Below, in pieces: positions 27,967 to 38,542 of a stretch of DNA of 64,000 bases. Where the stretch lies: positions 69,464 through 133,463 of the forward strand of contig CATMOE010000004.1 of NCBI GenBank assembly GCA_950072105.1, in the 5' to 3' direction. The translations under genes and the position numbers were made by a program. How positions within the stretch are numbered: position 1 is the first letter of the stretch; each line of letters begins with the position of its first letter. The notes under the pieces were generated by a model that saw only the letters and a list, made by a program, of their open reading frames with translations, was not told where the DNA came from and did no database searches. The stretch comes from an uncultured Dehalococcoidia bacterium (GTDB taxonomy: Bacteria; Chloroflexota; Dehalococcoidia; Lucifugimonadales; UBA3495).

Positions 27967-29031
27967 GTGTTAGAAAGCAACTCTGATGCAACGCCTCCGC
28001 CCTCGGTGAGCTATCGCCGGGAATTCTCCAAGCATCGGACGCGGCTATCGGTAGCGGCGGTGGTCTTGCTGGCGCTCCTAGGAGCGCTGTCCGTGATGCT
28101 GGACTGGAGGGAAGTACGGGGAGTGATCGGCCAGGCGGCCTTGATGCCGGTATTTGCTTCCCTGGGGATCACCGCCGTCTCCTACCTGACTTTGGGCTAT
28201 AGCTTCGCATTGATAAACCGGGTTTTTCGCATACCGCTGGAGCTGCCGGCACTGTTTGGGGTTGGTATTGTTTCGTCGGCGATGATCGCTACCTTGGGCG
28301 GAGTGGCTGGACACTCACTTCGGCTATTGCTGCTCACCCGGCGCGGCGTGGCCGCCGGTGACGTGATGGCTCCATCCTTGTTTCACGGTTACCTGGAAAG
28401 CCTGATATTTTTCGCCCTGATACCGGCGGGATTGGCTTATCTGGCCCTAACTCACCCGCTGTCTTCCGGATTGTCGCTGGCGGTTACTACCGGAGCTGCC
28501 GTCTTGGGAGTGGCTTTCGCCATGACAGCGGTAGTTTTCTTTGTGGGTCCGGTGCGAGCCATCGCCCTATCGCTAGTCGGCAGGACGTGGCATCTGGTGA
28601 CCCGCAAAAGTATCAAATCCGGCCTGCGGTATTTTGAATCGACGCTACGCCGCGGCATGGGAAGGATGCGGTCCCGGCCTCTGGATATGGCCCTACCGCT
28701 TTTATTGATCGTAGCGGATAGGGTTTGCCGGCTGGGCGTGGTGTGGCTGTGCTTTCAGGCGCTGGGAGGGCAAGTGGACCCCGGAGTAGTTGTTACCGGA
28801 TTCGCGGTGGGAGTCGCCGCCGGAGTGATGTCCATGGTGCCGGGCGGCTTGGGAGTGCAAGAAGGGTCGATGGCTGGGGTATATCATCTGCTGGGAGTGC
28901 CCTTGGAGCAGGCAGTGCTGGTGTCGTTTCTGTTCCGGCTGGTCTACTACATGATTCCCTTTGGCGTCAGCCTGCTCTTTTACCGGAACATTCTGAGGGA
29001 GCGGATTCCTTTGGGGGCTGCGCAAGGCTGA
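27967..29031 (+). CDS. Lysylphosphatidylglycerol synthase TM / flippase-like (UPF0104) membrane protein
   Basis: Multiple TM segments, VPGGLGVQEG motif, LFRLVYYMIP. Confidence 0.8.
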   Translation: MLESNSDATPPPSVSYRREFSKHRTRLSVAAVVLLALLGALSVMLDWREVRGVIGQAALMPVFASLGITAVSYLTLGYSFALINRVFRIPLELPALFGVGIVSSAMIATLGGVAGHSLRLLLLTRRGVAAGDVMAPSLFHGYLESLIFFALIPAGLAYLALTHPLSSGLSLAVTTGAAVLGVAFAMTAVVFFVGPVRAIALSLVGRTWHLVTRKSIKSGLRYFESTLRRGMGRMRSRPLDMALPLLLIVADRVCRLGVVWLCFQALGGQVDPGVVVTGFAVGVAAGVMSMVPGGLGVQEGSMAGVYHLLGVPLEQAVLVSFLFRLVYYMIPFGVSLLFYRNILRERIPLGAAQG

Positions 29032-29045
29032 TAATCCGGCAGTTC

Positions 29046-29948
29046 CTAACCGGTGGACTTGGCCAGATTCGCCGCGTCATGTTGTTCGTCGGCATGGTAA
29101 GAGCTGCGAACCAGGGGACCGGAGGCCACGTGTTTGAACCCCATCTTCTCTCCCGTCTCCCGTAGCTCGTCGAACTCCGCCGGGGTGTAGAAGCGGTCGA
29201 TGGGCCAGTGCTTGGACGAAGGCCGTAGGTACTGACCGATCGTCAAGAGGTCGCAGTCCACGCTGCGCAGGTCCTCCATGGTCTCCACGATCTCGTCCCG
29301 AGTCTCGCCCATGCCGGCAATGATGCCCGATTTGGTTACCATGCCGGGGTCCATTTCCTTGACCTCGGCCAGCAGATCCAGGGACAGCCGGTAATCGCCC
29401 TTGGGCCGAACCCTGGGAAAGATCCGCCGGGACGACTCGATGTTGTGGTTCAAGACGTCGGGACGGGCGTCGATGACCTTCCGTAAAGCCGAGCTTGAGC
29501 CGCCGAAGTCGGGTATCAACAACTCGATGCGGCAGTCAGGACTCTGTTCGCGGATCCTAGTGATGCAGTTGGCGAAGATGTAGGCGCCACCGTCAGGGAG
29601 GTCGTCCCGGTTCACTGAGGTTATGACGCAATAGCGCAACCCTAGCGAGCTGACGGTCTCCGCCACACGGTTAGGCTCCATCAGGTCGATGCCGGTGGGC
29701 CGGCCGGTGGTGACGGCGCAGTAGTGGCAGCGGCGGGTGCATATGTCGCCCAAAATCATGAAAGTAGCCGTTCCGCGGTCCCAACACTCGCCGATGTTAG
29801 GGCAATGAGCCTCTTCGCAGACCGTGTGTAGTTGTTGGCCCTGCATCAGGCCCTTCAAGCGCATGTAACCTGGGCTGCCCGGCGCCTTCACCTTGAGCCA
29901 TTCCGGCAACCGGGGCCTGACTGGTAGGTTTTGGGGTTGTTGGTTCAA
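29046..29948 (-). CDS. lipA: Lipoyl synthase
   Basis: TVCEEAHCPNIGECW, CTRRCHYC, GQYLRPS, VRSSYHA. Confidence 0.97.
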   Translation of the reverse strand: MNQQPQNLPVRPRLPEWLKVKAPGSPGYMRLKGLMQGQQLHTVCEEAHCPNIGECWDRGTATFMILGDICTRRCHYCAVTTGRPTGIDLMEPNRVAETVSSLGLRYCVITSVNRDDLPDGGAYIFANCITRIREQSPDCRIELLIPDFGGSSSALRKVIDARPDVLNHNIESSRRIFPRVRPKGDYRLSLDLLAEVKEMDPGMVTKSGIIAGMGETRDEIVETMEDLRSVDCDLLTIGQYLRPSSKHWPIDRFYTPAEFDELRETGEKMGFKHVASGPLVRSSYHADEQHDAANLAKSTG

Positions 29949-30031
29949 AAACGGTTCCTTCGGTCTACTGTTGCTGGTTAGTTACCGGCTCACAGCCCTT
30001 AGATCGCGCCTGGCTATCTGGGAATGGAACG

Positions 30032-30652
30032 CTAAAGAAAATCGACCACTCGTGGGCGGGTACGGCACTTCTCCGCTGTGATTATAGCGTCGATCTCAGC
30101 GACTGCTTGCTCCAATTGGCCTTCGCGGTTGACCACCCGGTAATCGTATTCGCCGACCCTGCCCAACTCGCTTTCGGCGATGCTGATTCGAAGCTCCATC
30201 TCGGACGGTTTCTCCGTCATGCGCAGGGTCAGACGGCTTCTAAGGTCGTCCAATGAACTGGGAATCATGAAGATGAAGAGGGCCTCAGGGGCCAGTTCGC
30301 GCACGGTGTCCGCCCCTTGCACGTCGACTTTTAGAAAGACGTCCTTCCCATTCCGCAATCCCTGGCGCACCTGGTTGCGGGGCACCCCGTACCAGTTGCC
30401 ATATACCTGGGCGCACTCCAATAGTTCGTCTCGTTCCTTCATCTTGAGAAACGCGCCGGTTTCCAGGAAAATATAATCGACTCCGTCCTGCTCTCCCTGA
30501 CGCTGCGTGCGGGTCGTTGCGGTTACCACGAAATGCCATGGCCGGTCTAGCAGCTTCAACGCGTCCAACGCGGCGTCTTTTCCCACGCCGGATGGCCCTG
30601 ACAGTACGACTAGCAGGGGAGGCGCTGAGCTGGCCTCAAGTATCTGTGGCAA
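30032..30652 (-). CDS. gmk: Guanylate kinase
   Basis: GPSGVGKD, TATTR..R.GE.DGVDY, YGNWYG, DVQGA. Confidence 0.95.
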   Translation of the reverse strand: MPQILEASSAPPLLVVLSGPSGVGKDAALDALKLLDRPWHFVVTATTRTQRQGEQDGVDYIFLETGAFLKMKERDELLECAQVYGNWYGVPRNQVRQGLRNGKDVFLKVDVQGADTVRELAPEALFIFMIPSSLDDLRSRLTLRMTEKPSEMELRISIAESELGRVGEYDYRVVNREGQLEQAVAEIDAIITAEKCRTRPRVVDFL

Positions 30653-30917
30653 TTATGCCGCCTGCCGTGGCTTGGTAAGAGAATGCTGAGTCAGGGCTGG
30701 GCCCCCTCTCGTTCGGAGAGCAGGGACAGGTTGCGCCGAAAGTTGGAATAATACACCGTGGCCGCGTCTGCTACCTGTATCCTGGTTTCTCCATTCAACG
30801 AAGCAGGCGAGAAGACCCTTTGTTCCAACTCGGCTAACCTCCCGCCAATACTCGCGCATTTCGATTTGGGACAAGGTATCGCGCAGTCAGTCCGCGTGTC
30901 CTGGTCGAATCGATCGT

Positions 30918-31922
30918 CTAGTCCCGGTTACGGCCCTTGCCGCGGGTAAACTCTTTCATCCTTTCCATTACTTTCCGGCCCGCGAACATCTCTCCCATGC
31001 CTTCGGAGAAGCTGGGTATCTCCGCGGCTGACGCCTCGCGTGCTCTTGAGTTCACCAGACCGGCCATCAATTTAGCGCGGGCCATTGAAGCTTCCTCGAA
31101 TATCTCGTGTACGGCTTCGACGTCCGGGCCGTCCTCGTTGGTCAGCGTGTTGCGCATCTCATAGAGTTCGCGGATAAAAGCATCTATCCATGCCACGATC
31201 GGCTCCGGGTTGGTTACGCAGATATCCCGGTGCATTATCGGGTCTCCGGATGCTAGCCGGGAGACGTCGGTGAAGCCGCCGGCGGTCAACTGGGCAATGT
31301 CCTCCCAATTGGCGCTCTTGGAGACGCAGCCGACCAGGGCGGTGGAAAGCATGAAGGGCAGGTGGCTGGCCGCTGCCACGAAGCTGTCGTGTTCGTCAAC
31401 CCCGATGAAAAAGGGCCGGGCGCCCACCGCTTCGGCCAAGGTGGTTACCTCGGAAACCGCCTTTTGTCCCACATTGGGGCCGGGGACCACGCAATATGCC
31501 TTGCCGCGGAAAAGATCGGCGTCGGCGTTCTCGGGTCCGGCGGTCTCTTTCCCGGCCATGGGGTGCCCGCCGACGAAATTCACTGTCTTGGGAAGGTACT
31601 GCTCGGCCCAGTCTAATACCAATCTTTTTGAGCTTCCCACGTCGGTGACCAGGCAGCTCTCGGGCAGCCCAGGGCCAATCACTTCCATAAGCTCCTTCAT
31701 CGCCATAACCGGGGTTGCCAGAACGACGATCTCCGCGTCCTGCACCGCCGGCATGAGTCTGTTCTCTATCTTGTGGAAGGCTTTTGATTTCTCCGCACCC
31801 CGGCGGGCGCTGCCATCGGAGTCGGTGCCCACCAATTCCACGTCTTTTAAGTTGGCCTTCTTCAGCGCTAACGCCAAGGATGTGCCGATGAGTCCGGTAC
31901 CGATAATCGCTAGTTTCGCCAA
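30918..31922 (-). CDS. tyrA: Prephenate/arogenate dehydrogenase
   Basis: IIGTGLIGTS, TDVGSSK, GGHPMAGKE, EHD...A..SHLP; TTG start after AGGAG. Confidence 0.88.
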   Translation of the reverse strand: MAKLAIIGTGLIGTSLALALKKANLKDVELVGTDSDGSARRGAEKSKAFHKIENRLMPAVQDAEIVVLATPVMAMKELMEVIGPGLPESCLVTDVGSSKRLVLDWAEQYLPKTVNFVGGHPMAGKETAGPENADADLFRGKAYCVVPGPNVGQKAVSEVTTLAEAVGARPFFIGVDEHDSFVAAASHLPFMLSTALVGCVSKSANWEDIAQLTAGGFTDVSRLASGDPIMHRDICVTNPEPIVAWIDAFIRELYEMRNTLTNEDGPDVEAVHEIFEEASMARAKLMAGLVNSRAREASAAEIPSFSEGMGEMFAGRKVMERMKEFTRGKGRNRD

Positions 31923-32191
31923 GACTATTCTCCTGGGATAGACGTTTGGGCGCATTGGCCTCAAGGTCCCGCCAAGGGCCGCGCGCCAGCTTGAATGTGT
32001 ATCTTACACTATGGCTTACCGCCATACCACCGGTCTTTCACGTCTCCCGGAGCGCCGGCCACGGGGCCGATTCGAAAGTGGGGGTGATGGCCATGTGGAG
32101 ATTGCCGGAGACGGGTATCGCCGGCCAAATACTGGGCACGTGGTTGTCAGGGTCCCATGCCGGCGTTGTTTGATGCGCTTGTTCGCGGGAC

Positions 32192-33115
32192 CTAGGCCAG
32201 GGCTTCCCGAACAAGTTCGGGGCGGACTATTTTGGCGTAGGGTTGGTGTTCTTTCACCATGCCGGCGCCCATCAAGATTTCCTGTAAACCCTCGAATTCA
32301 GGTTGCTCCAAATGGGGGGTAGCGGGCCAAGTGCCCTGCTCTTTGTACCGTGCTACTGATTTGGTGATCAGTTCGCTAGGGACGTCTGGGAAGAAACCAG
32401 AAACCGCGTCTCCAACCGTTGCGGGGTCGTTCTCGCGCAGCCACGTTAGTCCCCGGGCGTAGCCCCGGATAAATCGGTGGACTGTCTCTGTGTTGCGCTC
32501 CAAATATGCTTCGGCCGCGGCAAAGGAGCTATAGGCGATGTGACCGTTGACCGGCCCCAGGGCCACCGATAGACTGGCTGTGCCGTCGGCGATAAGCTGC
32601 TCGGCAGCCGGTTCTGGGAGGTGGATGAAATCTCCCTGGCCGCTCTTGAAGGCGGCTACGGCGTCCGGTAACGGAAGATCGGGTATTAGGGACAAACTTT
32701 GTGGGTCGACCCCATTCTTGCGCAACGCGAACTGGAATGAGGCCCATGGCATGGCGGAGAAGCCGACCGGGATGACCGTGGCCCCGCTCAAGCTGTCCCA
32801 TCGAAAGCCGTCGCCTGATTCCCTGCCCAACACGAAAAACCCGTCTCTAGAATTGATCTCAGCGAAATGGGGCAGCACGGTTTGGGCGCCCGAGTCGGAT
32901 TCTATGATTGAACGCATCACGCCGCTGCCCGAAATGTCGGCCACTCCCTGGTTCAGCGCGTTGGGAACACTGCCCAGATCGGGTGGACAACTCGAGAAAC
33001 TTACGTCCAAGCCTTCGCTTTCCAGAAAACCGCCCGCTACCGCCACGTGTATCGGCGTGTAGAAAACGGTACGAAAAACCTCCATCAGACGAAGGGAATA
33101 TCGGGTGGCGGCCAT
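32192..33115 (-). CDS. NMT1/THI5-like (SsuA-type) substrate-binding protein, no signal peptide
   Basis: FYTPIHVAVAGGFLESEGLDV, RDGFFVLGR, EPAAEQL. Confidence 0.75.
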   Translation of the reverse strand: MAATRYSLRLMEVFRTVFYTPIHVAVAGGFLESEGLDVSFSSCPPDLGSVPNALNQGVADISGSGVMRSIIESDSGAQTVLPHFAEINSRDGFFVLGRESGDGFRWDSLSGATVIPVGFSAMPWASFQFALRKNGVDPQSLSLIPDLPLPDAVAAFKSGQGDFIHLPEPAAEQLIADGTASLSVALGPVNGHIAYSSFAAAEAYLERNTETVHRFIRGYARGLTWLRENDPATVGDAVSGFFPDVPSELITKSVARYKEQGTWPATPHLEQPEFEGLQEILMGAGMVKEHQPYAKIVRPELVREALA

Positions 33116-33205
33116 GCAAACTCCTTAGAATACGTATTGGCTCCCGAACAGAGCATTTTCCCGTCAACGTGATCCGATATTGATGCGGCCTTCGGCGAAC
33201 CCGAA

Positions 33206-34006
33206 TCAGTTTTGCAGGAAGGGAAGCAGAGCGCCTACAAAAGCTTCAGGGTCCTCGATCTGGGGGATGTGTCCCAGTCCTGGCAGTACCACTTTGGAGG
33301 CATTGGCGATGTTGTTGTGGAGCAGTTCTTCGCCATCTCTCAATCGGTCCACCTCGCCGTACATGACCATGGTGGCGGATGCTTGGATCCTGGGAAGCCG
33401 AGCCATAATATCGTAGTGTGCCAGCGACTGCATCAACTTGCCCACCCAGACTCCCGCTTGGGCCCTGGTTTGGTTGGTGGCGTCGACCCATTCGGGCTTG
33501 GGGTCCGCGAAGGTCGTTGAGGCTTTTAACTCTTCTAGCGTGCGGGGCTTGGCAATATCCTGCTCGTCGTAACCGCCGGAAGCATCTTCCAGGCGCTGGG
33601 CCGCCGTGCGCGGGTCCCACACCGGACATCCGACCAGGACCAGCTTGTCCAGCCGCTCTGGGAAGCTGGCGGCCATTTCCGCGGCCAGAATGGCTCCCAC
33701 AGAGTTGCCCACGTAGTGGCCGCGATGGATATTCAAGATCTGACAGGCGTGGTCCAGCGCGTTGGCGTAATCCGGTATGTTGAAGTGGCGCGACGGCTTG
33801 TCTGACTCACCGTGTCCCAGCATGTCGAACGCGTAGCAGGTGTAATGCTGGCTGAGTGAGTCGATCACCGAGTGCCAAGCCCATGTCGAGGTGCCCAGAG
33901 GATGAAGCATCACCAAGGGGTAACCGCTGCCTTGCTTTACATAGTGCATCTCGCCTTCCGGCGTTGGCACTCTGTCGCTGAGATCCCGTCGGACGAACAT
34001 ATTCAC
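33206..34006 (-). CDS. Alpha/beta fold hydrolase
   Basis: LHPLG, DMLGHGES, GNSVGA nucleophile elbow, GHIPQIE. Confidence 0.9.
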   Translation of the reverse strand: MNMFVRRDLSDRVPTPEGEMHYVKQGSGYPLVMLHPLGTSTWAWHSVIDSLSQHYTCYAFDMLGHGESDKPSRHFNIPDYANALDHACQILNIHRGHYVGNSVGAILAAEMAASFPERLDKLVLVGCPVWDPRTAAQRLEDASGGYDEQDIAKPRTLEELKASTTFADPKPEWVDATNQTRAQAGVWVGKLMQSLAHYDIMARLPRIQASATMVMYGEVDRLRDGEELLHNNIANASKVVLPGLGHIPQIEDPEAFVGALLPFLQN

Positions 34007-34377
34007 TCCTGTTTCCCTCCGGACTTAGGGAAATGTATCCTTTCCTGAGGCTGCCAGGCAGAATTCGACGCTATCGTAACTATTGGGCTGGAGTCTGTCA
34101 ATTTGGGGTGCTGGTCCAGTCGATAGGCGGTGCTCAAACCATTACGCTGATGAGATAGTACGAGCGTATCTGAATTGCTTAAGCTTCGGTTGACCTTGGG
34201 AGAGGAGTGTGACAGAATCTTAGACGAGCCTGGTGATTCACATCCGTTCCTTATAAGCGAGGGATCCCATCCCACGCACCCCCCACCAAATCAACTTCCA
34301 CACATCATCGATTGATTTGAGACGGCATCAGACCAAACCGTTTGCGGGTATATTCCCCAACGAACAGGGCGGTGACA

Positions 34378-35880
34378 ATGCCTACTTGGAATAAAGAAAG
34401 TTTGCGGCGTCTGGTCCAACGCGAGATGGGCGAGTACCGTCTGATTGTGGTGTCCAACCGTCAGCCCTATATCCATGAGATTATCGAGGGCGAGTTGAGA
34501 TATGCAGTGCCCTCCGGCGGGGTCACGACGGCTCTCGACCCCATAATGCAGGAATGTGGCGGCACCTGGGTTGCTTACGGAGGGGGAAAGGGCGACTGGT
34601 ACGCGGTGGACGACAAAAACAGGATCATGGTTCCGCCCGACGACCCGGCCTATACCCTGCGTCTGGTGTGGCTGACGGCAGAGGAAGAACAGGGGTACTA
34701 CGACGGGTTCTCCAACGCTGCTTTATGGCCCCTTTGTCACAATGCCTACACCGAACCCGTATTCAAGCTAGATGATTGGGAGACCTACAAATCGGTTAAC
34801 CGGGAGTTCGCCAAGCAGGTCTTGGATGAGATTGGCGGACAGCCCGCGGCCGTTTTCACCCAGGACTACCACCTGGCGATGTTACCCCGGCTGATCAGGG
34901 ATGCAGACCCCGACATTATCACCGGCCAGTTCTGGCATATCCCGTGGCCCAATCCGGAGATCTTCCGTATCTGCCCTTGGCAGGATGAACTCCTAGATGG
35001 TCTGCTGGGCAACGATATGATAGGTTTCCACATCGGCGACCACTGCAATAACTTCCTGGATACCGTGTTCCGGACATTGAAGAGCCGGGTGGACCACGAA
35101 TATTCCCGGATCAACTATAAGGACGAACTGACCGTCGTCAGGCCATTCCCCATCAGCGTGGACTTCGAGCGGATCAACCAAGACGCCGAGGGCCAAATTG
35201 TTGACGAGGAGATGGACCGCCTGACCGATGAACTAAACTTGGGCGGAAAGTTGGTCGGTCTGGGAATCGACCGCATCGACTATACCAAGGGGATTCCCCA
35301 CCGCTTTCGAGCGATGGGAAGGTTTCTGGAAAAATTCCCGGAATACATCGGGAAGGTTGTTCTGGTCCAGGCCGGGGTGATTAGCCGCATCCAGGTTGAC
35401 GCCTATCAGCAGCTGTCGGCGCAGATAGAAGAGTTGCTGGAAGAGATCAACGGGAAGTTCGGCTGCGATGGGTGGCAGCCCATCATCTATATGCCCACCG
35501 ATCTGCCCGATCTTACGTTAATGGCACTCCGCCGCATGGCCAGATTCTGCGTTGTCAGCTCACTGCACGACGGTATGAACCTGGTGGCCAAAGAGTACGT
35601 AGCCAGCCGATTTGACGAGGACGGAGTGCTTATCCTGAGTCCCTTTACCGGTGCGGCCCTGGAGCTGACCGACGCATTGATCGTCAATCCCTACGCCATC
35701 GAACAATTCGCGGACGCGATACACCAAGCGGTTGAGATGCCCCGTGAGGAGCGGCGGTCGCGCATGATTCAGATGCGCGAGATCGTTCGGGAAAACAATA
35801 TCTACAAATGGGCGGCGTTGATGGTGGAGGATCTGATGCAAGGCGCCAGACGCTCCCGCCGTCCGGTCCGAACCAGATAA
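34378..35880 (+). CDS. otsA: Trehalose-6-phosphate synthase (GT20)
   Basis: VVSNRQP, GGVTTAL, YYDGFSN.ALWPLCH, QDYHL, FWHIPWP, DRIDYTKGI, DGMNLVAKEY. Confidence 0.93.
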   Translation: MPTWNKESLRRLVQREMGEYRLIVVSNRQPYIHEIIEGELRYAVPSGGVTTALDPIMQECGGTWVAYGGGKGDWYAVDDKNRIMVPPDDPAYTLRLVWLTAEEEQGYYDGFSNAALWPLCHNAYTEPVFKLDDWETYKSVNREFAKQVLDEIGGQPAAVFTQDYHLAMLPRLIRDADPDIITGQFWHIPWPNPEIFRICPWQDELLDGLLGNDMIGFHIGDHCNNFLDTVFRTLKSRVDHEYSRINYKDELTVVRPFPISVDFERINQDAEGQIVDEEMDRLTDELNLGGKLVGLGIDRIDYTKGIPHRFRAMGRFLEKFPEYIGKVVLVQAGVISRIQVDAYQQLSAQIEELLEEINGKFGCDGWQPIIYMPTDLPDLTLMALRRMARFCVVSSLHDGMNLVAKEYVASRFDEDGVLILSPFTGAALELTDALIVNPYAIEQFADAIHQAVEMPREERRSRMIQMREIVRENNIYKWAALMVEDLMQGARRSRRPVRTR

Positions 35881-35922
35881 CTTACGCGGTCCCAATAATC
35901 ACCCACTTTCCTCTTTGATCAC

Positions 35923-36705
35923 ATGCCCCACCTCTTACAAGTCTGGCCCAGCATCATCAAACGGTTGAAAGAAGCCGAACAAGTGCTTCTGCTGTCCGAC
36001 TATGACGGTACTTTGACTCCCATCGCCGCTCGACCCGAATTGGCCGTACTAGGACAGGAAGCCAGGCATACGCTGCTCAGATTGAGTCGGCAGGATAAAT
36101 ATATAGTCGGCATCGTCAGCGGCCGGAGTTTGTCAGACGTTGCCGCTATCATTGACCTGCCGCAAATTCTCTACGCCGGAAATCACGGTCTGGAGATAGC
36201 CGGGCCTGACCTGGATTTCGTCCATCCTGAAGCAAAATCGTTGGGTGAGACCCGGGGTCTTCTTCTCCATGACCTACGGGAAGATCTGGCGCTCTTCCCG
36301 GGGGTATTCGTCGAGGACAAAGGCGTGACCCTCACCGTTCATTACCGCCTGGCGGCGGACGAACTGGCCGGCGAGATAGAATCCCGCTTTAACACCGCCG
36401 TGTCCCCTTACTTAAAACCTGGCGGCTGGAAAACGTCGGTGGGCAAGAAGGTGTTTGAGGTCCGGCCGGACATCCCGTGGGATAAAGGGAAGGCGATCGC
36501 CTATCTGCAGGATGCGTACCCCCGGGCGTCGCTGACCTTCTATTTCGGTGACGACGTTACCGACGAGGACGGTTTTGAGGTGGTCCGATCCGGCGGCGGC
36601 ATCGCGATCTTCGTCGGCCAGGCAAGGCAGCCGACCAAAGCCCTGTATCGTTTGGATTCCCCGCAAGAAGTGCTGCAAGCGCTGCAGTTGATCGGGCAAC
36701 AGTAG
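35923..36705 (+). CDS. otsB: Trehalose-6-phosphate phosphatase
   Basis: DYDGTL, SGR, YAGNHG, WDKGKA, GDDVTDEDGF. Confidence 0.93.
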   Translation: MPHLLQVWPSIIKRLKEAEQVLLLSDYDGTLTPIAARPELAVLGQEARHTLLRLSRQDKYIVGIVSGRSLSDVAAIIDLPQILYAGNHGLEIAGPDLDFVHPEAKSLGETRGLLLHDLREDLALFPGVFVEDKGVTLTVHYRLAADELAGEIESRFNTAVSPYLKPGGWKTSVGKKVFEVRPDIPWDKGKAIAYLQDAYPRASLTFYFGDDVTDEDGFEVVRSGGGIAIFVGQARQPTKALYRLDSPQEVLQALQLIGQQ

Positions 36706-36884
36706 CAGGCTGAGTTCTGCACTGCGATAGCGGTTGACGAGTTTCAACTATACTGGCAGGCCGATCTAATTCCCATCCAGGCTGGCGTGTGTTAGGATGT
36801 GACCGCCTTCTCGGCAAATTGAAGCCGTTAATTGTCCCCCGCTGTTGTCCGGCGGCTCGGCGGGCCTGGAGACCAACAGGGTAG

Positions 36885-37616
36885 ATGATCAAAGCGATTT
36901 CCTTCGACCTGTATAACACTTTGGTACAGTTCTGGCCGCCGTTAGACGAAGTCCAACAGGCAGCATGTCGAGAGTTAGGCCTGAATGTGTGCAAGGCCTC
37001 CATCAGACGAGGCTATGCGGTGGCCGACATCTTTTTCAACGAGGAAAACGGCCGCGACTCCCTGGGCCTGCGCTCCGCCGAAGAGAGACTGGAATTCTTC
37101 GCCCGATATGAGCAAATGATCCTGGAGAACGCCGGGCTACCGGTTTCCCTGGATCTGGCGCGGCAAATATGGGCCATGGCCATGACTATCCCCAAAGACT
37201 TTGTGGCGTTTGACGACACCATCCCCGCATTGGAGGCGTTGCGCGCCCAGGGTTATCGCCTGGGCGTTCTGTCAAACCTGCGCCGGGATATGGATGAGCT
37301 TTGCGAAAAACTGGGGTTGGCCCCATTTCTGGATTTCTGCATCAGTCCCACCGAGCCCGGAGGCGAAAAACCCGACCCGGCCATGTTCCTGGAGGCCCTT
37401 AACCGGGTGTCGGTAGCGGCAGAAGAAGCGGTGCACGTAGGGGACCAGTACGCGTCTGACGTTCTGGGCGCCCGGGCGGTAGGTATCCACGGCGTTTTGA
37501 TCGACCGGGGTGGCTGGCGGGACGATGTTACCGATTGCCCGAAGATAAGCAGCCTTTCTGAGTTAGGCTCCCTTCTGGAAGGCGCCCCCGAATCCCTTAC
37601 TAACAACCACCGCTGA
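36885..37616 (+). CDS. HAD-IA family hydrolase
   Basis: FDLYNTL, LSN, EKPDP..F, HVGDQY.SDVLGA. Confidence 0.88.
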   Translation: MIKAISFDLYNTLVQFWPPLDEVQQAACRELGLNVCKASIRRGYAVADIFFNEENGRDSLGLRSAEERLEFFARYEQMILENAGLPVSLDLARQIWAMAMTIPKDFVAFDDTIPALEALRAQGYRLGVLSNLRRDMDELCEKLGLAPFLDFCISPTEPGGEKPDPAMFLEALNRVSVAAEEAVHVGDQYASDVLGARAVGIHGVLIDRGGWRDDVTDCPKISSLSELGSLLEGAPESLTNNHR

Positions 37617-37711
37617 TCTCCGTCCGCCAATCATGGCGGGTTGACCGGACGGTGGTTCTCAACTCTTGCCACTGCTTTTCTGTTCCGCCCTTGCCGGCAC
37701 ACGCTCTTTAG

Positions 37712-37740
37712 TTGACGACGCTTCACCCCGCTGCTAGACT
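37712..37740 (+). promoter_or_regulatory. Sigma70-type promoter of the DsbA-like selenoprotein gene
   Basis: TTGACG-17 bp-TAGACT with extended TG. Confidence 0.55.
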
Positions 37741-37787
37741 CGGTTGCATCCAGGGACGGTTGCGCCGTCCCGAACCAGGAGACCACC

Positions 37788-38426
37788 ATGACTCAATCTG
37801 CTCAGCCATCGGAAAACGGTACAACCCCGGTTAAGGTTGCTATCTGGTACGACTATATTTGACCCTGGTGCTATGTCGGCCTGGAGCGGGTCGAAAAGCT
37901 TACTCAGGAATATGAGATTGAAGTAGAAGGAAGGGCCTACCTGTTGCGCCCCGACACGCCCAAAGAAGGCAAGGTGCGAGAGCGCAGACCCGGGGAAACC
38001 GACGATGAATTGTCCGAACCTTTGCGGACTAACGCCAAGGAATCCGGACTAGTGATGCGTCCCCTCTCCAGAACACCCAACACCATGTATGCCTTGGAGG
38101 CTACCGAGTACGCTCAGCAGCACGGCAAGTTCATGGAGTTCCATCAGGCGGCCTACCGGGCGCTGTGGAGCGATAAAGAGGACTTGGGAGACCCGGACGT
38201 TCTTGGCAAGCTTGCTGAGGGTGTCGGTTTGGATTCAGCCGAACTGCTGTCGTCGTTGGAACAACAGGTTTACACCAACACGGTGATGGAGCAGTACCAA
38301 GAGGCGTTGAATCACGGCATTCGCGGGATTCCTACCTTCCTGGTCGGAAACCTGCTGTTTACCGGCGCCCACCCATACGACGTGTTCAAAGAGGCGATGA
38401 AGCGAGTCCTGGAACCGGCGGCATAG
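37788..38426 (+). CDS. Selenocysteine-containing DsbA/FrnE-family oxidoreductase; in-frame UGA at 37860-37862
   Basis: RBS AGGAG, MTQSAQ...VAIWYDYI-U-PWCYVG...; frame continues into ORF 37944..38426 (PNT, GIRGIPTF, GAHPY). Hairpin tcggcctg-gag-cgggtcga starts 13 nt after the UGA. Confidence 0.88.
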
Positions 38427-38470
38427 GGTCTATTCCAGCCGGTCTGACTAGAATATTCACCTGAAACACG

Positions 38471-38511
38471 AATCCCCCGGCGCGTCCCTTGCAGGGGCAG
38501 ACCGGGGGATT
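38471..38511. terminator. Hairpin between convergent genes
   Basis: aatcccccgg...ccgggggatt followed by a T-rich stretch. Confidence 0.55.
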
Positions 38512-38542
38512 TATATTTGGACGGTTGGCTCGAAGACGCGAG

